A stretch of DNA of 64,000 bases from Lytechinus pictus (GCF_037042905.1 NC_087245.1:32118001-32182000), one strand, 5' to 3'; shown: positions 41,490 to 55,242, counted from the first letter of the stretch. Notes: generated by a model not told the origin, from the letters alone. A program made the numbers and translations.

Positions 41490-41705
41490 AGCCGGCGCCG
41501 AGTCCACTTTGGTGTTACACCTACCGATTGCGGGACTGAGTCCGGACTCGGGCCGGCCTCAAACCACATCCAGAGGTGGACTGAGTCCACCTGGCCTCAG
41601 TCCGGCCTCAGTCCGGCTTTTCAAAAAAAGTTGATGTTACACATACGTCGAGCCGCCTCCGGGGCCGGCCTCAGTCCACTTGCAAACGTATGTGTAACAG
41701 GGGTC
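41490..41705. repeat. Right subterminal motif array and TIR
   Basis: Five GGMCTSAGTCC motifs, GCCGCCTCCGGGGCCGGC (41652-41669; exact inverse of the left 18-mer), an internal TIR-core copy at 41635-41648 and the terminal TIR. Confidence 0.85.
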
Positions 41706-41909
41706 TAAGCCGTGGTCATGTAAGCCAAAACTTTGATGCAGTACAAAACCTATCTATAATGACTACCCAACAGGGACAATCCGATCTGGGTTTATATGAC
41801 TGCCCAAATCCAATACTGAGCTTTTTTTTTATCATGTATTTTGTATTGTTTTGTATCGTAAAAAATTGTAACCACATATTATACATTGTGCATTGCTGAA
41901 TTTAACTAA

Positions 41910-42390
41910 GGGCCTTTTCACACAAGAATCTTGAATAATCTTTGTAATGATGATTGCAATTTGTCTTTAGAATCATTGTACCATTTACACGTTCACTCAA
42001 AACCTGTGATTTGAATTCGAATTCCTGAGCGAAGGTGGTATCGTGTCCTTGGTGACTTGTCAATCAAACCCAATAAAAGCACTGCATCGCAAAAAAGAAA
42101 CTACGATGAGTGCATGACAATTGCATTTTCTACGGAAGTGCTTGAAAAGGTCACGTAAGCTCCACCCCTCAAAAAAAAAATTTGGAGGTCAACCCTTTCA
42201 GACGTAAAATTCGTACCGTAATTTGAGTGAAACTTGACTGGAATTCACCTCCGGAGTTGAATTTGAATTTGTGATTGTGATTAGCGTTCGTGATTCTAGT
42301 TTGATTTCACACGTGTTAAAAATTTGTCATAAGAATTATTTTTCACTGGAATCATTCAAATTACGATTTTGGTACCGTGTGAAAGGGTGG
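41910..42390. mobile_element. Non-autonomous Harbinger/Tourist-like element
   Basis: TAA on both sides (41907-41909, 42391-42393). Degenerate TIRs GGGCCTTTTCACAC and GTGTGAAAGGGTGG (10/14). Confidence 0.6.
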
Positions 42391-43676
42391 TAAAGCTCTG
42401 ACACAACTGAATGATATTTGTATATTTTATTAGAAATGAATTGATCCACTAAACAGCAAGCTATGTATTCCTCTACTGATATATACACTACCATGCATAA
42501 GCTCTTTGACAATGTCTAAATTGAGCCAGTCTTCGTTGGAATATTGATTTCAACTTGACAAGTAGTCTCTGGGTGTCAAAGGTCATTCCTCGGAGACAGC
42601 ACATATCTGCCATATTCCTTTTAACCTCTCAGCCTCTGCCTGCGTCATGGGGATGTAGGTGGCCACTTGGTCATTGCGGCTTTTGCAATGTGTCTGATGG
42701 GGAACGTGTTGCCATGGCAAAAAGTGTGACTTCATAATTTAGTCTGGTTTGAAGTCTTGCTAATGTATACATTCTTGAGAGGAGAGTCTGGTAATTTGGA
42801 AGGAGAAGAATGTGTGGTCGTTTGTCATCTTTGTATCATAATTAATAAAACAACAACTTTGTTATCAATTTAGAAAATGCACTACATTTTCAACTTTTTC
42901 TACTTCTCAATGAGTTGAATTAGCAACCAATTAAATACTTTCTTGACAAATATTTTGGAAAAAAAGGGGAAGTCTAAGAATAAAAACTTATTAAAATAAA
43001 TTTGCCCAGTCTATTAATTGAGACTAAAATTAATTCAAATTTGAAATGAATACATTTCTTTTTAATTCAAAGACTACGCTTTGTATGGTCTATAAGTACT
43101 AAATGATTAATGTGTTATCAATTTGCAACCAATCATAGTTCAATTTTGTTTACCTGACAAATTCTGGCATATCAATTCTAAAATAAAAGGAAGTGAAATC
43201 CAGATTGGCTACGGTTAGAGACCAGTTGAAATTTATTTTTCAAATATCAAAGGATTTTTATTTAAATCAATAAGACTCTACATTAAAATCTTTGAAGTTT
43301 ACATATAAATCCAATTTTCCATTTGTCTCTTATCACAGCTAATCCAAATTTATCTTAAGCTCATGAAATAAGAGTTCATCTTTTATTTTGTATTCTATTT
43401 ATTCTTTTTTAGGTGATGCTATTCATGTTGTATTTCAATTTCCCTCGGCAGAAAAGCTTGTCCTATCAGACAGACACATTTACTCATAATTTCTTCCATC
43501 TCTATTCATGCACATATGCGTACGTGAAGGGGCAAATTATACCACTTTATCAACAGAGATCTATTATATTGATTGCAGGTAATTAACACCTTAATCAGTC
43601 ACACAGAGGATAAGAGGGAAAACTCCAGCATATTGAGAGAGGAATGGGCACTGTCTTATCACTGCTATCAAAACAC

Positions 43677-43936
43677 GGGTCGTGTGGTCCAGTGGTTAGA
43701 GCATTGGACGTATAATCGCAAGGTTGTGAGTTCGAATCCCAACTCTGCCATTGTCTCCACTTTGATAAAAAGGCCAAAGAGTGATATCTGTTGTCTATTA
43801 CGTCAGCCACTATGACTGATTAATCTAGACGTACAATGTTTCCAAGGTAATTGGTTATATACCAGCTTGGTGTTTACCAGCAAAATGCTGTCCTGCCGAG
43901 TTCCTACGGGAGTTACCACAAACAGAAAAAAAAAAA
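43677..43936 (+). mobile_element. tRNA-derived SINE (distinct family) with A-rich tail
   Basis: tRNA-like head 43677-43750 (TGGTCCAGTGGTTAGAGC, GTTCGAATCC), unrelated body and a poly-A end. The acceptor stem does not pair, so this is not a functional tRNA gene. Confidence 0.7.
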
Positions 43937-46900
43937 CCGAGCCAATAAATCTCTGCTTTGTGTTTGTAAATTCAATGTGCAATAATAAAAGAAAAAATAA
44001 ATTACATGTATGTTTGAAGGTGTGGTATGATTTATTATTATCTATAGTGTGTTTTAGCGATGCATTACAAATGTGTATTTTGGTCTGCATCAATTTCCTG
44101 TTCAATACGAGAACGTATTCCTAAAATATCCCATAAACTTGCTGTTGAATACAAGACCGTATTTTCAACAGTCTAGCGCATGCGCGAAATATACAACAAT
44201 CACGGCAATGTGATAGATAGCATAGAGCAAAATGATACTTAGTGATGTCAAAATGAACTACATTTGAGTAGAAATTTAAGGGGGGGTGGGATAGATAATA
44301 ATCATATTGGATGGCTTTATTTTCATGGAATATCAGAAATATTCCACTCATTAGGGCCAATATTCCACTCATCCGCAATTCGTGGAACATATGCCCTAAC
44401 TCTTGGAAAATTTCTGGTATTCAATTCTGAGCTATTTGAGATAACATAGTTATCATATATCTGAGAATTGTTTGTAAAGAAGTGCATGATAATATTCACC
44501 TTGTTATAATCAAAGTAATAAATTTCTTTGGATAATCATGGATGGAATTTGGGCTTTGAGAAAACATGCATGATTAAAACAATTATATACAATGTAAAGA
44601 ATCGGCTGTTAAAACCAATGCCAGGAGGTGTCCCACGAGAACCACAGCCCGATGTGTTAAGATTACACCCTAGAGATCTAACATAACACTGAATTACCAA
44701 CCAAAGGTGTTGTAATAACACCCATGGGTTGTTGAACTAACACTGTAGATTTAACACTGAAGTAAAAGTGTAACTAGTGTTGTTCTTTATGTACATCTGT
44801 TACCACATTAACTTTTCCTGTGCACAATTACCACTTGTATTAACCAAAGATTCAACAATTTATCAAAGATTTAAAAGATCTTATTTTTTTAAATATAAGC
44901 TGACTGATAGTTTCACATCTTCAGTAGATATTGATGTTCACGATGCTAGTATTGGTGTTAATATTAATGCTTCAATTGAGGTTGGTTCTGGTGTTGGTGC
45001 TTGGGTTAATGTTGGTTTGGTGTCAGGCTTGCGGTTGACTTTGAGCCTGATGGGGTTGGTGTTGGAGTCTGGGCCAATGGTGGTTAGGTGTTGAGTCTGG
45101 GATTGGTGTTTGGGGTGGGTGTTGGTTTCAGCAGGTTAGGATTCAGGTTGGTGTTAATACTGAAGTTGTGTTTAAGAGTGGGTGCTGGTGTTGGAGCTAC
45201 ACTCAGCTATAGCCTTACACCTATCTAGTAATAATCACCTTAACGGTTCTGGAGTAATTATAAGAGTTAAACTTAAGTAAATAAGAAGAATGGTACAAGG
45301 CTAGGCTAGCAGAATAAACTATGTAAGAAATAAATATTTGAAAGTGTTACAGTGAACCCATGACTAATTTTTTCGCAAAATGAAGAAACCTGGTGAGATA
45401 ACAAGGGACACAAATAATCTGGTATCACATTTTTTAAAAGGTTTATAAAAGTAACCCCCCCCCAAAAAAAATATATATATATATATATATTCAAAGGCAT
45501 TTTATTGTTATTGCTCATTTATGAGAGAGTTAGCATCATGCATATTTAACTACTTTCTGAGTTCGAAATTAAAATGACTACATAATATATTTAGATTAGA
45601 TCCTTTACTTGAGGCAGAATCATATTTGAGAAAAAAGGTTTAGAAATGGCAAAAATGTAAAGATTGAGTCTTGTGGGTAGGTATCAAACAATTAACCACT
45701 CCTGTGCAGAACCAATATGATATCCAAATAAATGTATGACACATGTGCACACTCAATGCGGGAAGCTGCCAGAAGAAATGATCAGAAAATTTGGCAATCT
45801 ATGGAGGTTCATTCATGATTAAATGAATCATAATTCTGTCATCCCCTCCTCACCCCCCTATTGTTGATACTCATCTGAAGGATACATGTTCATAGTTTTA
45901 TTTTACTTTTAGTTAACATATCTTGCACTTACATTTCAATAATTCATAACAAATAATATAATCATATTGTATTGCATGAATAAACATATTTTTAAGGACC
46001 TTATTTCAATTTCCTTTTTTTCAATTTTCAAGTAGATAATTTAGTATGCACGACTACCCATTATTTTTTCTTTTCCATTACAAAGCAATGCACATTTTGT
46101 GTAATCTCTTTAAATGATATGTTTTTCTTGCATGAATCTGTATAAAATTGCATGCATTTATCTTATATTGTAATGACATGTTTTATATAAATATGGAAAT
46201 AAATGATGAACCAAACAATGGAATTTTAAATGATGTCTCACAGGAAATTCAGAAAATACAAGACCACTTTTAATCAATTTCATGCCATTTATCCTTTAGC
46301 AACCACAGCTCGTCATAACCTTTAAAGCACCAAACTGGAACTGTTGAGCTATATATAAAAAAGTAATCCTTTCCAAGAATATCATTATTTTGTCAAATTA
46401 AACGATTATTGCACCTGTTTTTTATATTTTTTTTATAGTAATATCAAGCATCATTTAACACAGCATGGAAAGTCACACCATTGAAACCACACCTGAAATG
46501 ACCGATGGTATGGTATATCACTGATAACAACATAATCGCTTCGGTTGGACCGGAGTCGACTTTATTGGTGTAACTGTAGCCTTATAAGGGGATCATCTAA
46601 TCCAGCAGGATAACCACATTGTATGAAGCACATAAGCCTCAAGTTCATTACATTTCATCGCGCTCCTTTCTTGCACCGCCATACCGCGCCGCTACAAATG
46701 TGTGGGACTAACCACAAAATCTGTTCCCTGCATTCATTACTCATCAATATTTTCTCAGGGGCGCTAGGATGGTTTAATAAGAGAAGGCCTAAGTAATTAC
46801 TCAACCCTATCACTCACCTCGTACCAATCAATCTTTATGAGCAAGATGACTTAAACAGCCACGTCCAAATAAGCTCCACAAAAGTCAGCTTGTTTATCGG

Positions 46901-49146
46901 TCCGGTAAGGTGTCTTTGAACTTGACTTCTTTAATTTCCTGCATCAACAAAAGAAAAAAGAAATGGACAATGCATTTTGATAAATAAAATATGCATAGAC
47001 ATATGCATTAGATTCTTATTTATGTTATTGTTAAAATAGATGAATAATTTTCTTGTTTTTTGTTGATTCATATTTTGTTTAGTCATCGTTGTAAAGCACA
47101 TAGAGACAATTACTATGTGCTTAATGAACAACCTCTATTATTATTATCAATCTAGCTTTCTTTTGATAACAGATGATTCCTTCATTTCTGTTTTTATAAC
47201 ATTGGTATCCATGATGTCTAATAGATTGTTAATTATTACTCACACTTAACATGTACATCAGTTTGTATATCTTCAAAGGCATTTTGAATATATACACTGA
47301 CTTACACAATGTGGTAACAGTTTTTCCTCCTCCTCTTCCTGCTTCTCCCTCTCCTACTCCATCTCCTCCTCTTCCTTTCTCCTCTCTTATTACTTCTCTC
47401 CTCTCCTTCTCACTCCAATTTATCATCACCTTCAGCAATCAGCACAATCATCATTTTGAGCATATGACCAATATGGCATCAATTTTACAATTTTTTCCCT
47501 CCTCCTTCTCATCCCAATGTACCATCAACTTCACTATAAACATCATCTTGAGCATATGAACAATATGGCATCCCTTTTATCCTATGTTCCCCTCCTCCTC
47601 TTCCTAATCCTCCTCCCCCTCCTCCTCATTCTTCTCCCATTCCCCTCACCTCCTCTCATTCTCACTGACCATCATCATCACCTTGAGCGCATGACCAACA
47701 TTCATTTTTTATCTTGAATGACCTTTATCAGTCTACATGGAGATATATATGATATATGATCAGTGATGTCATATGTGGGCAGAAGCACCTGCTGTCCCGT
47801 AGCCATGTAAATCATTCAAAAAGAAGCAGCAATGCAATAAATAAAAATAAATTTCCTAGATACAAGTTTAATCATAAAATAACCCTATGAGAACCAATAA
47901 AATCACATTCACACTCACATATCACTTCAACTTTGAGCATTATTTTGTTCTCTCTAAGCTTAAATGAAATAAGAGTATCTAAATCAAAATTAACTTGAAC
48001 TTGAAATCAACATGAAAATAAAGATTTAAAAAATGAAATAAAAATATAAATCCTACATCTGAAATTGAAATCAACATGAAATTCATTGCATGTAATCAGT
48101 GTCCCTTTGAGAAAACTCCTTCACTGTTAAGAAATAATAATTTTAAAATGCTGTTTACTATGTGAATAATAATAAATACTAATACATAACGTTTATAAGG
48201 CGCTTACTACTGGTGTTTCTAAGCGCGATGTATTCTGTTTATAGGTTGTATACCCAGTTGTTGTGTGTCCGGACGATCAATTTTAGAAAGTCATTTGGAA
48301 AAATTTACAAGCGAAGTTTGATCAATTTTTAGTACAAAGTGTTAGGAAATATTATAGAGAACAAAATAGAAGATGATTACAACTATTGAATTCATATTTT
48401 TAGTGTAATCCAAAGACAAAAAAGAAGGCTTCAAAAATGTATAGTGTCCGGACACCCGACCCCCCATCCTACTTGGGATTTTTTTTTAAATGTGGCAGGG
48501 GAGAATGACACAGCTAATGCAGCTATGCTAAATATCAAAAATCAAAACTGGTGTGCACCTTCAATTGACCGACCCACAACTAAGAATCATCTATGAACTG
48601 ATTCACAGACTTGGCATTATGAATGTAAGATGGCAGAATGATAAATCGCACAGTAGTTGTTTAAACATTTTAAACAAGTGTTTAAATCTTAAACAACAAA
48701 GTTTAAATTCAAATATTGAATTATCAATAACTTAAGCGTTTTTTTTTTGGATTTCAAACACTTGTTCAAACTATTTAAACAACTACTGTGCGATTCACAT
48801 AGTAAACAGTGTTGTTTAAATTACTTTTAACAGTGTTTCATTTCAATTTTGCTTTAAATCATTTGAATGAAATTACATTTATCAAAAAATAGAATATAAA
48901 AGCTAACTTTACACAAGTACTCAAGATATAACACTTTCACATCTTCTAAAGATGAATAAATGGTACAGTAAACTCTAAACTTGTCATGTACACTACACTG
49001 AAAAAAACATGGTGTTAAAACTGACTTCAGTTGGTGTCCATAGAGGACCACAGCCTGAGGTTTTAAATTACACCGTAGAGATTGAACATAACACACAAAA
49101 AGCACCACAAATTTAACCCAGGAGTAAAATGATGATTTGTATAATG

Positions 49147-49357
49147 AGGGGTGATTCACAACGATTTAAGTATGACTTAGAGTCACACTTAAATGTCAAT
49201 TTGCGTGCGGTATAAAAGGCATGACAGCATTGGTCAGATCGTGCGAAGAGGATGCGCACTACTGCGCATTGAGCAATAAGATTGCGCGTTGCATATCTTG
49301 TACACGTCAGCATTCGAGTGCGAATTAAGTCATACTTAAATCTTTGTGAAACACCCC
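49147..49357. mobile_element. Second copy of the 17092 MITE family
   Basis: Same arms and the same internal GGTCAGATC..GCGCACTACTGC. Confidence 0.8.
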
Positions 49358-50195
49358 CTGGTGACCACCATGGTCTTTGCTATGTAATATACAGAGATGT
49401 ATCATAATCACATATCCTTGTAATTACCATCTAATACTGGCTCTTTTTTTTATGCTTAAAGGCTTTTCAGTCTATTTTCAGACTATTTAAGCCTGACTAT
49501 TTAAGCATCTGCTTCTTTCTTGGCAATTAGTTAGTCTAGGCCTGAGTGTGTTTACTAGTTATAAATATAAAATAAGATTCATCAATCTTCTACAATTTCT
49601 GAAGTAGAAATCTCATTATAAGAAGTGACATCTGTTTTACAGATAAATCTTGCACTGGCTGGTACAAACCTAAGGCATCAATGTTCAAATTTACCAGAAC
49701 AATATGTTGATTTGAATTGAAGAGGAAAAATAAACAAACACATTGCTAAAATTCCCATCAATACAGGATGTAAAAGAAGTATTTTGAGATTCTGTGATTT
49801 CACATTATTATTTTTTCAGTTATTTGCAAATCACTGGTGATATTTAAAATAAGAGAGCAGATGATGTCACAGAGACACCTTTTCTTTTGAAATTTTCATT
49901 CAAGATATCAAATATATTGAATTTTGTGGATTTGATAATAAAGAAGCCTTGATTAAATCATACTAAGTTACAATTATGGTTCAATTTTTGTTAAGGGGCA
50001 TTACAGGAAGAAAAAAAAATAACGTAAAGTAGTAGTCGCAATAATACTAATAATAAAAATAATAATGATGATAATATCAAATAATAACAACAATAATACT
50101 TATAATAATAACAGACATTTATACAACAAAAAGTTATCTATGATAGCGGTAATTCCCACTCAACATAATTTTAGAATACCCAACTTCCCTACATA

Positions 50196-50231
<36 letters not shown>

Positions 50232-52272
50232 ACAAAATTTGTTTAGTACATAGAAGCCTGCTTCGTGAATATCAACTAATTTGAGAGAAAAAATAGCTAA
50301 GATCGTGAAAGGAACCCTCATACCAAGCCATCACTGTATATTTGATGAATCATTAAATGAATAATAACAGACTTTAATGAAAAGCATAATAAAATTAAAT
50401 CTAATTGTCCATGTGCAAAAGAGAAATACAAAAAAGAACGAATACACTACCTGTTTGCCTTCAATGAAAATTTCCTCTAATTACATTCACGTTTATGTCT
50501 TCCTATAAGTATAAATGACGATAAATGCTCATACATTTCCACACAATAGCCGCTGTCGACCGCATGCACTGAAAAGACATGTCAATTATTCATCATCTCC
50601 GTCTGGACAAATCATATCTTGTAGAAAATGATCACAATTAGAGCTGCAGAACAATGTGTATTTATTTCCTCTTGTTTATTACAGGAAATTTTTCTTTTTT
50701 CAAATTCCCAAGACAGCAATCGCTGGAATATCGTCAGCTCAAAGTATCTCCCAAAAGAGGGGAAGGTCAATGAAAGCGATGAATAATTCTGGTGAATATG
50801 AATATATCTGCAGTTTAAGGATTCAGCGTTGATATTATCCAATGAAATATATATCATCCTTCACAGTCGAAAATCATAGAGTTTAGGAATCTCTATCCTG
50901 TCAGATCCTTAAAGAGAGATTTGAAAATGCTGATGAGTTTGTGGCGAAAGATCATGGTCACTTTGTCTAAAAAGAATGATTTCCAATATGGATGTCAAAA
51001 TGGTAGCCATGATTATTGGGTTGCTCCACGAGTTATAAATCAAAGGTTAATGGTCGTTTTGGCTAATCATCGTAGCGATGACACGGATAGGGTACGCAAT
51101 CTTTAGCAATGCTGTATTCCGATGGTGCGACCGAATAAGAGACTGGCAACCTGTTATCACCTATTCACAGTTTCCATCACTCCATAATGAGGGCCACACA
51201 AGGCTGTATCAACACTCTTGAAATAAGCACGTATCAACAGCTTACTCGCCTAAACGCCAAACAACCCGGCTCTCACGCCTGCCACTAAACAGCCAGCGCA
51301 CTCTCCACGCGATGAGAGAGGGAGTGATTTTCCCCATTAGTGAGCCGTGCCCTCGTCTTGATCACCGCATCCAACGAGATGCTCGTTTATTCCTCCACAC
51401 ACCGAACAACCGATGATAATATCGAGATAACTGTGTAGCGATGCAACAGTGTGTGCGAAGATATAATGTGATGATCCCACCTCGGCGCCTACATCCAACA
51501 CAGATGCACCCAAGCTCACAGTTCATATACAGGGATATGTGTTAGCACGCTCCAGATGCTTTCATATTCTGTGTTATCTCACTCTCCCCTCGTTTAATAA
51601 GACAAGTACTGTTGAGGAGGGAGGGTCGTGATGCTCTAATCGTCATAACAATATTGCATCAATTGGAGGGCTGGCCTTGCTGCTTTTTGGACGTCATCAA
51701 GCTCTCTATCATGGAAAAATCAATAGTATATCATAGCTGCATGACCCATCAAGTAGAAGGACAAATGAAAAAGAGAGCTAATATTTGGTCGGAAGATTTA
51801 TCCTCCATATTGGCCGACAGACGCAGGCAGACAACTTGCTAGAACTCATTAAGAGACAGTCTATTATGATCAATGTGATGCAGGGGCAACTTTTATTTTC
51901 TTTCGATGTCAAAGATTTTGGTTATATATTTTTAGTAAAACTATATCTTACTCTTAGATAAAAGGGGGTATTTCAGGTGCCAAAATATCTGATGGGTTTG
52001 TTTAGAGGAGTTAGTGAATGTTAGCCTAATTTATGTACAAAATTGATTTTTTTTTTACCACAGAATTCCTTGTATTGAGTGAATATATGTTAAAAATGTG
52101 ATTCTTTTGATTCAAATAATTTTCCCCCTCCTTTTTTCTTTCTTCCTTCTATTTCTTACTTCCCATTTCCCTTTCCCTTCTCTCTTCCTATTCCTCCTCC
52201 ATCTTTTCCCTATTCCTTCATTCATTGTATTCTTCTTATTATTCTCTTTCTCCTTCTCTTCCTCCTCCTCCT

Positions 52273-52505
52273 CTTCTTCTTCTTCTTCTTCTTCTTCTTC
52301 TTCTTCTTCTTCTTCTTCTTCTTCTTCTTCTTCTTCTTCTTCTTCTTCTTCTTCTTCTTCTTCTTCTTCTTCTTCTTCTTCTTCTTCTTCTTCTTCTTCT
52401 TCTTCTTCTTCTTCTTCTTCTTCTTCTTCTTCTTCTTCTTCTTCTTCTTCTTCTTCTTCTTCTTCTTCTTCTTCTTCTTCTTCTTCTTCTTCTTCTTCTT
52501 CTTCT
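52273..52505. repeat. (CTT)n microsatellite
   Basis: Pure trinucleotide run of about 230 bp. Confidence 0.98.
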
Positions 52506-53469
52506 GCTCCTTCTCTTCCTCCTTCTTGTTATTTCTCCTCCTCTTTCTCATTATTTGGATTTGACAAGCATATCATTACAACCCATTTGAAATCAATCAA
52601 ATTATTTCTATGATGATGATCAATGTATGAACATCATCTCTTCAAACAGAATGATAGTATTAACATTGTCAATTAACCTTGCAGCCTGGCTGTAAAAAAG
52701 ACAAACTCCCAGTCTCTTTCTTGGCAAGAAATCCTGAATCCTCATACTCTTGCTTAGCATTTGAGACACACGCGGCAGCGTTTTGATGACGTTCACCGTC
52801 ACTAATCAACTAGAAACTTATCTGGCACCCACGTATTGACCTCAATCACAATCCCAGAAGAATGGCGATTCCTTAGGATATCTCCAAAGAAATGTTCAAC
52901 CACTCTTTTGTGGGAGATAAGTTGATGATTGCCTTGGTTATTTGAGAATAAAGGGTAATTAGTTTGCCAAAGAGGCATTATTGATTTGGATAAGGATCTT
53001 TACCTTTCTACAACTCTGTGTGGTTTTTCCTTTCAGTGTTCTCCTTTCCTCTCTTTACCTAGTGCTCCCTCACTCACTCATTTTATCTCTTTCAGTATCT
53101 ACCTGTATCTACCCTCTCTTAATTAATAATTTTTTCATTTTCCCTCATAGTCTTCCTTCTCTTCTCTCCAAATGTTTCCAAATATATGTCATCGTGAGCA
53201 TGAATTAGATTTCGTGTCTGTATAGTCCAGAGGCATTTGACCAAACAACCTTATTTACATTATTTCATTTACATATACTAGTAGTATACAGTTTCTCTGT
53301 CTTCTTTTCTCCCTCTCTCTCTATTCATTTATCTTTCTGTCTCTTGAACCTTATACTGCACATGTATGCATATATCTATTTCCCCTCTCTCACTTGTATT
53401 TTTGTTTTTGTTAGTCTTTCTTTCTCCCTCTCCTCATACATGTAAATCTGTCTGACCCCTCCCACTCTG

Positions 53470-53521
53470 TATCTATTTATATATCTATCTATCTATATAT
53501 TTATCTATCTATCTATTTATC

Positions 53522-53552
<31 letters not shown>

Positions 53553-53573
53553 CTTTCTATCTATCTATCTTTA

Positions 53574-53650
<77 letters not shown>

Positions 53651-53657
53651 ATCTATC

Positions 53658-53688
<31 letters not shown>

Positions 53689-53701
53689 CTTTATATCTAT
53701 C

Positions 53702-53745
<44 letters not shown>

Positions 53746-53785
53746 AATCTATCTATTTATCTATCTATCTATCTATCCATCTATT
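53470..53785. repeat. (ATCT)n microsatellite
   Basis: Imperfect tetranucleotide run. Confidence 0.97.
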
Positions 53786-54489
53786 TCTTTCACTCTTTCA
53801 CTTTTTCTACCTCTTTCTCTCTCTCCCTGCTCAATACCAATCCACAAGTTTCCCAGGAGACTACACTACAATGACATGGAGTCTGCCCATAATTAAGAAT
53901 CAGCGTAATGCAATTAAAAACAGTGTCAACGTACCGTGTTGGCCAATGTGCCGACAACACGTGCTAGGATCTAATTTGCAACAAAATCGTTGAAGTGTAG
54001 CTGATGTAATATCACGGTCCATTGGATAGACACCTTGGAAAGGGAAGGAATTAAAAACAAATACAAGATCTCACCAATTACTTTTCGAGCAAAAATTAGC
54101 AAATGTTATGATTACAAACACTGTTAAGGCCGGTAATTTCAGAACCCCGGTGTCGCTAAATGTCAAACAATATCTAGAAATCTAACAGTCAATTGGGGCT
54201 TAAATCAATCAATTTCCCTATTATTAAAATCCACGTTACATACACACCTTTACATTAACAAAACTGATCATTCGTGAATACCATGCGATGTAAATACTCG
54301 TAATATTGGAAGTGGCAAATCTCCATAACAGTTTTATTCACATTCAAACAAATTGCTGGAAAAAAAACCTAATTTTTCTCTAAACGTACCGAAATAAAGA
54401 ACATCCTTGAGTATTCAATAACATTTACAAATCAGACCCGCTCAAGCCGAAACGCGTCTAACAAAAAAAGCCTGATGCTATAGCGTTGT

Positions 54490-54765
54490 GTGTTAGCGTG
54501 CCTCACCACTGTATTCAGTGCAGGTGTGAATACAGTTGGAAAACACTCCGTCCATCGGAAAGGACGCAAATGTTGGTCCCGTGTATAGGAGAGGTACAAC
54601 CTATGCACGTTAAAACCAATACACTATTCGTCAAAGAGTAGGGTGTTCACCCGGTGTATTGCACCTGCCGGTCCCGGCAAAATCCAGGTCAAGTACCCGA
54701 TGCGTTTATGCCCAGGAGGGCCCTGCATCGTATACATCCAGATCCAGATCCAGACTAAATAAAAA
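54490..54765 (+). mobile_element. DeuSINE-like fragment
   Basis: CGGAAAGGACGCAAATGTTGGTCCC..GCACGTTAAAACC..CACTATTCGTCAAAGAGTAGGGTGTTCACCCGGTG resembles the Deu domain; short (ATCCAG)n tail. Confidence 0.65.
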
Positions 54766-55242
54766 TTTGGTTATCTTAACTCTTAACTACTCTTTTGAAA
54801 TGAAAATAGTAAAGCCAGAAATTCATGAAAGATAGAGCAAACAAATGGAATTCCCAGACCAGGCTGGTTGATGTCCAATATACATGCCATTGATATCAAC
54901 CTGTCTGCTATATTACTTAATTGATAGTGCCGCTTTAATTAGAGCATTGTTCCAATTCCTGAGCTGTTACAGCAATCAGTATTTTATCAGACTGTGTCAA
55001 CTCCTGGTCATCTTTGTGCAGTTTTACAAGGAATTAGGAGACATGCTCTAATAGTTTGGGTGTATTTAACGAGCTATCCAACTGCAACGAATGCTACAAG
55101 GCTAATGGGTCAATTACTTTTCAATTAATTGTTGAATAATTCCACTGATTTTCAATTAGGATGTGTGTTTTTTTTTAGAATTGAATTTCATTACATACAA
55201 TATGAATGTGAATTTTGTTCCCATTATCACTTGTGAATACAA

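Larger units (their letters stand above)
31880..41705 (+). mobile_element. Full-length, potentially autonomous PIF/Harbinger DNA transposon (9826 bp)
   Basis: Left TIR GACCCCTGTTACACATGCGT (31880-31899) matches the reverse complement of right TIR ACGTATGTGTAACAGGGGTC (41686-41705) at 19/20. TAA flanks both ends (31877-31879, 41706-41708), a typical 3-bp Harbinger TSD. Encodes a DDE transposase and a Myb/SANT protein. Confidence 0.96.

Noticed and set aside
43677..43750. Apparent tRNA gene
   Set aside because: The acceptor stem is unpaired and it runs into a body with a poly-A tail, so it is a SINE head. The same applies to the other A/B-box hits.
52098..52613. Poly-S, poly-L and poly-K ORFs
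   Set aside because: Artefacts of the (CTT)n microsatellite.
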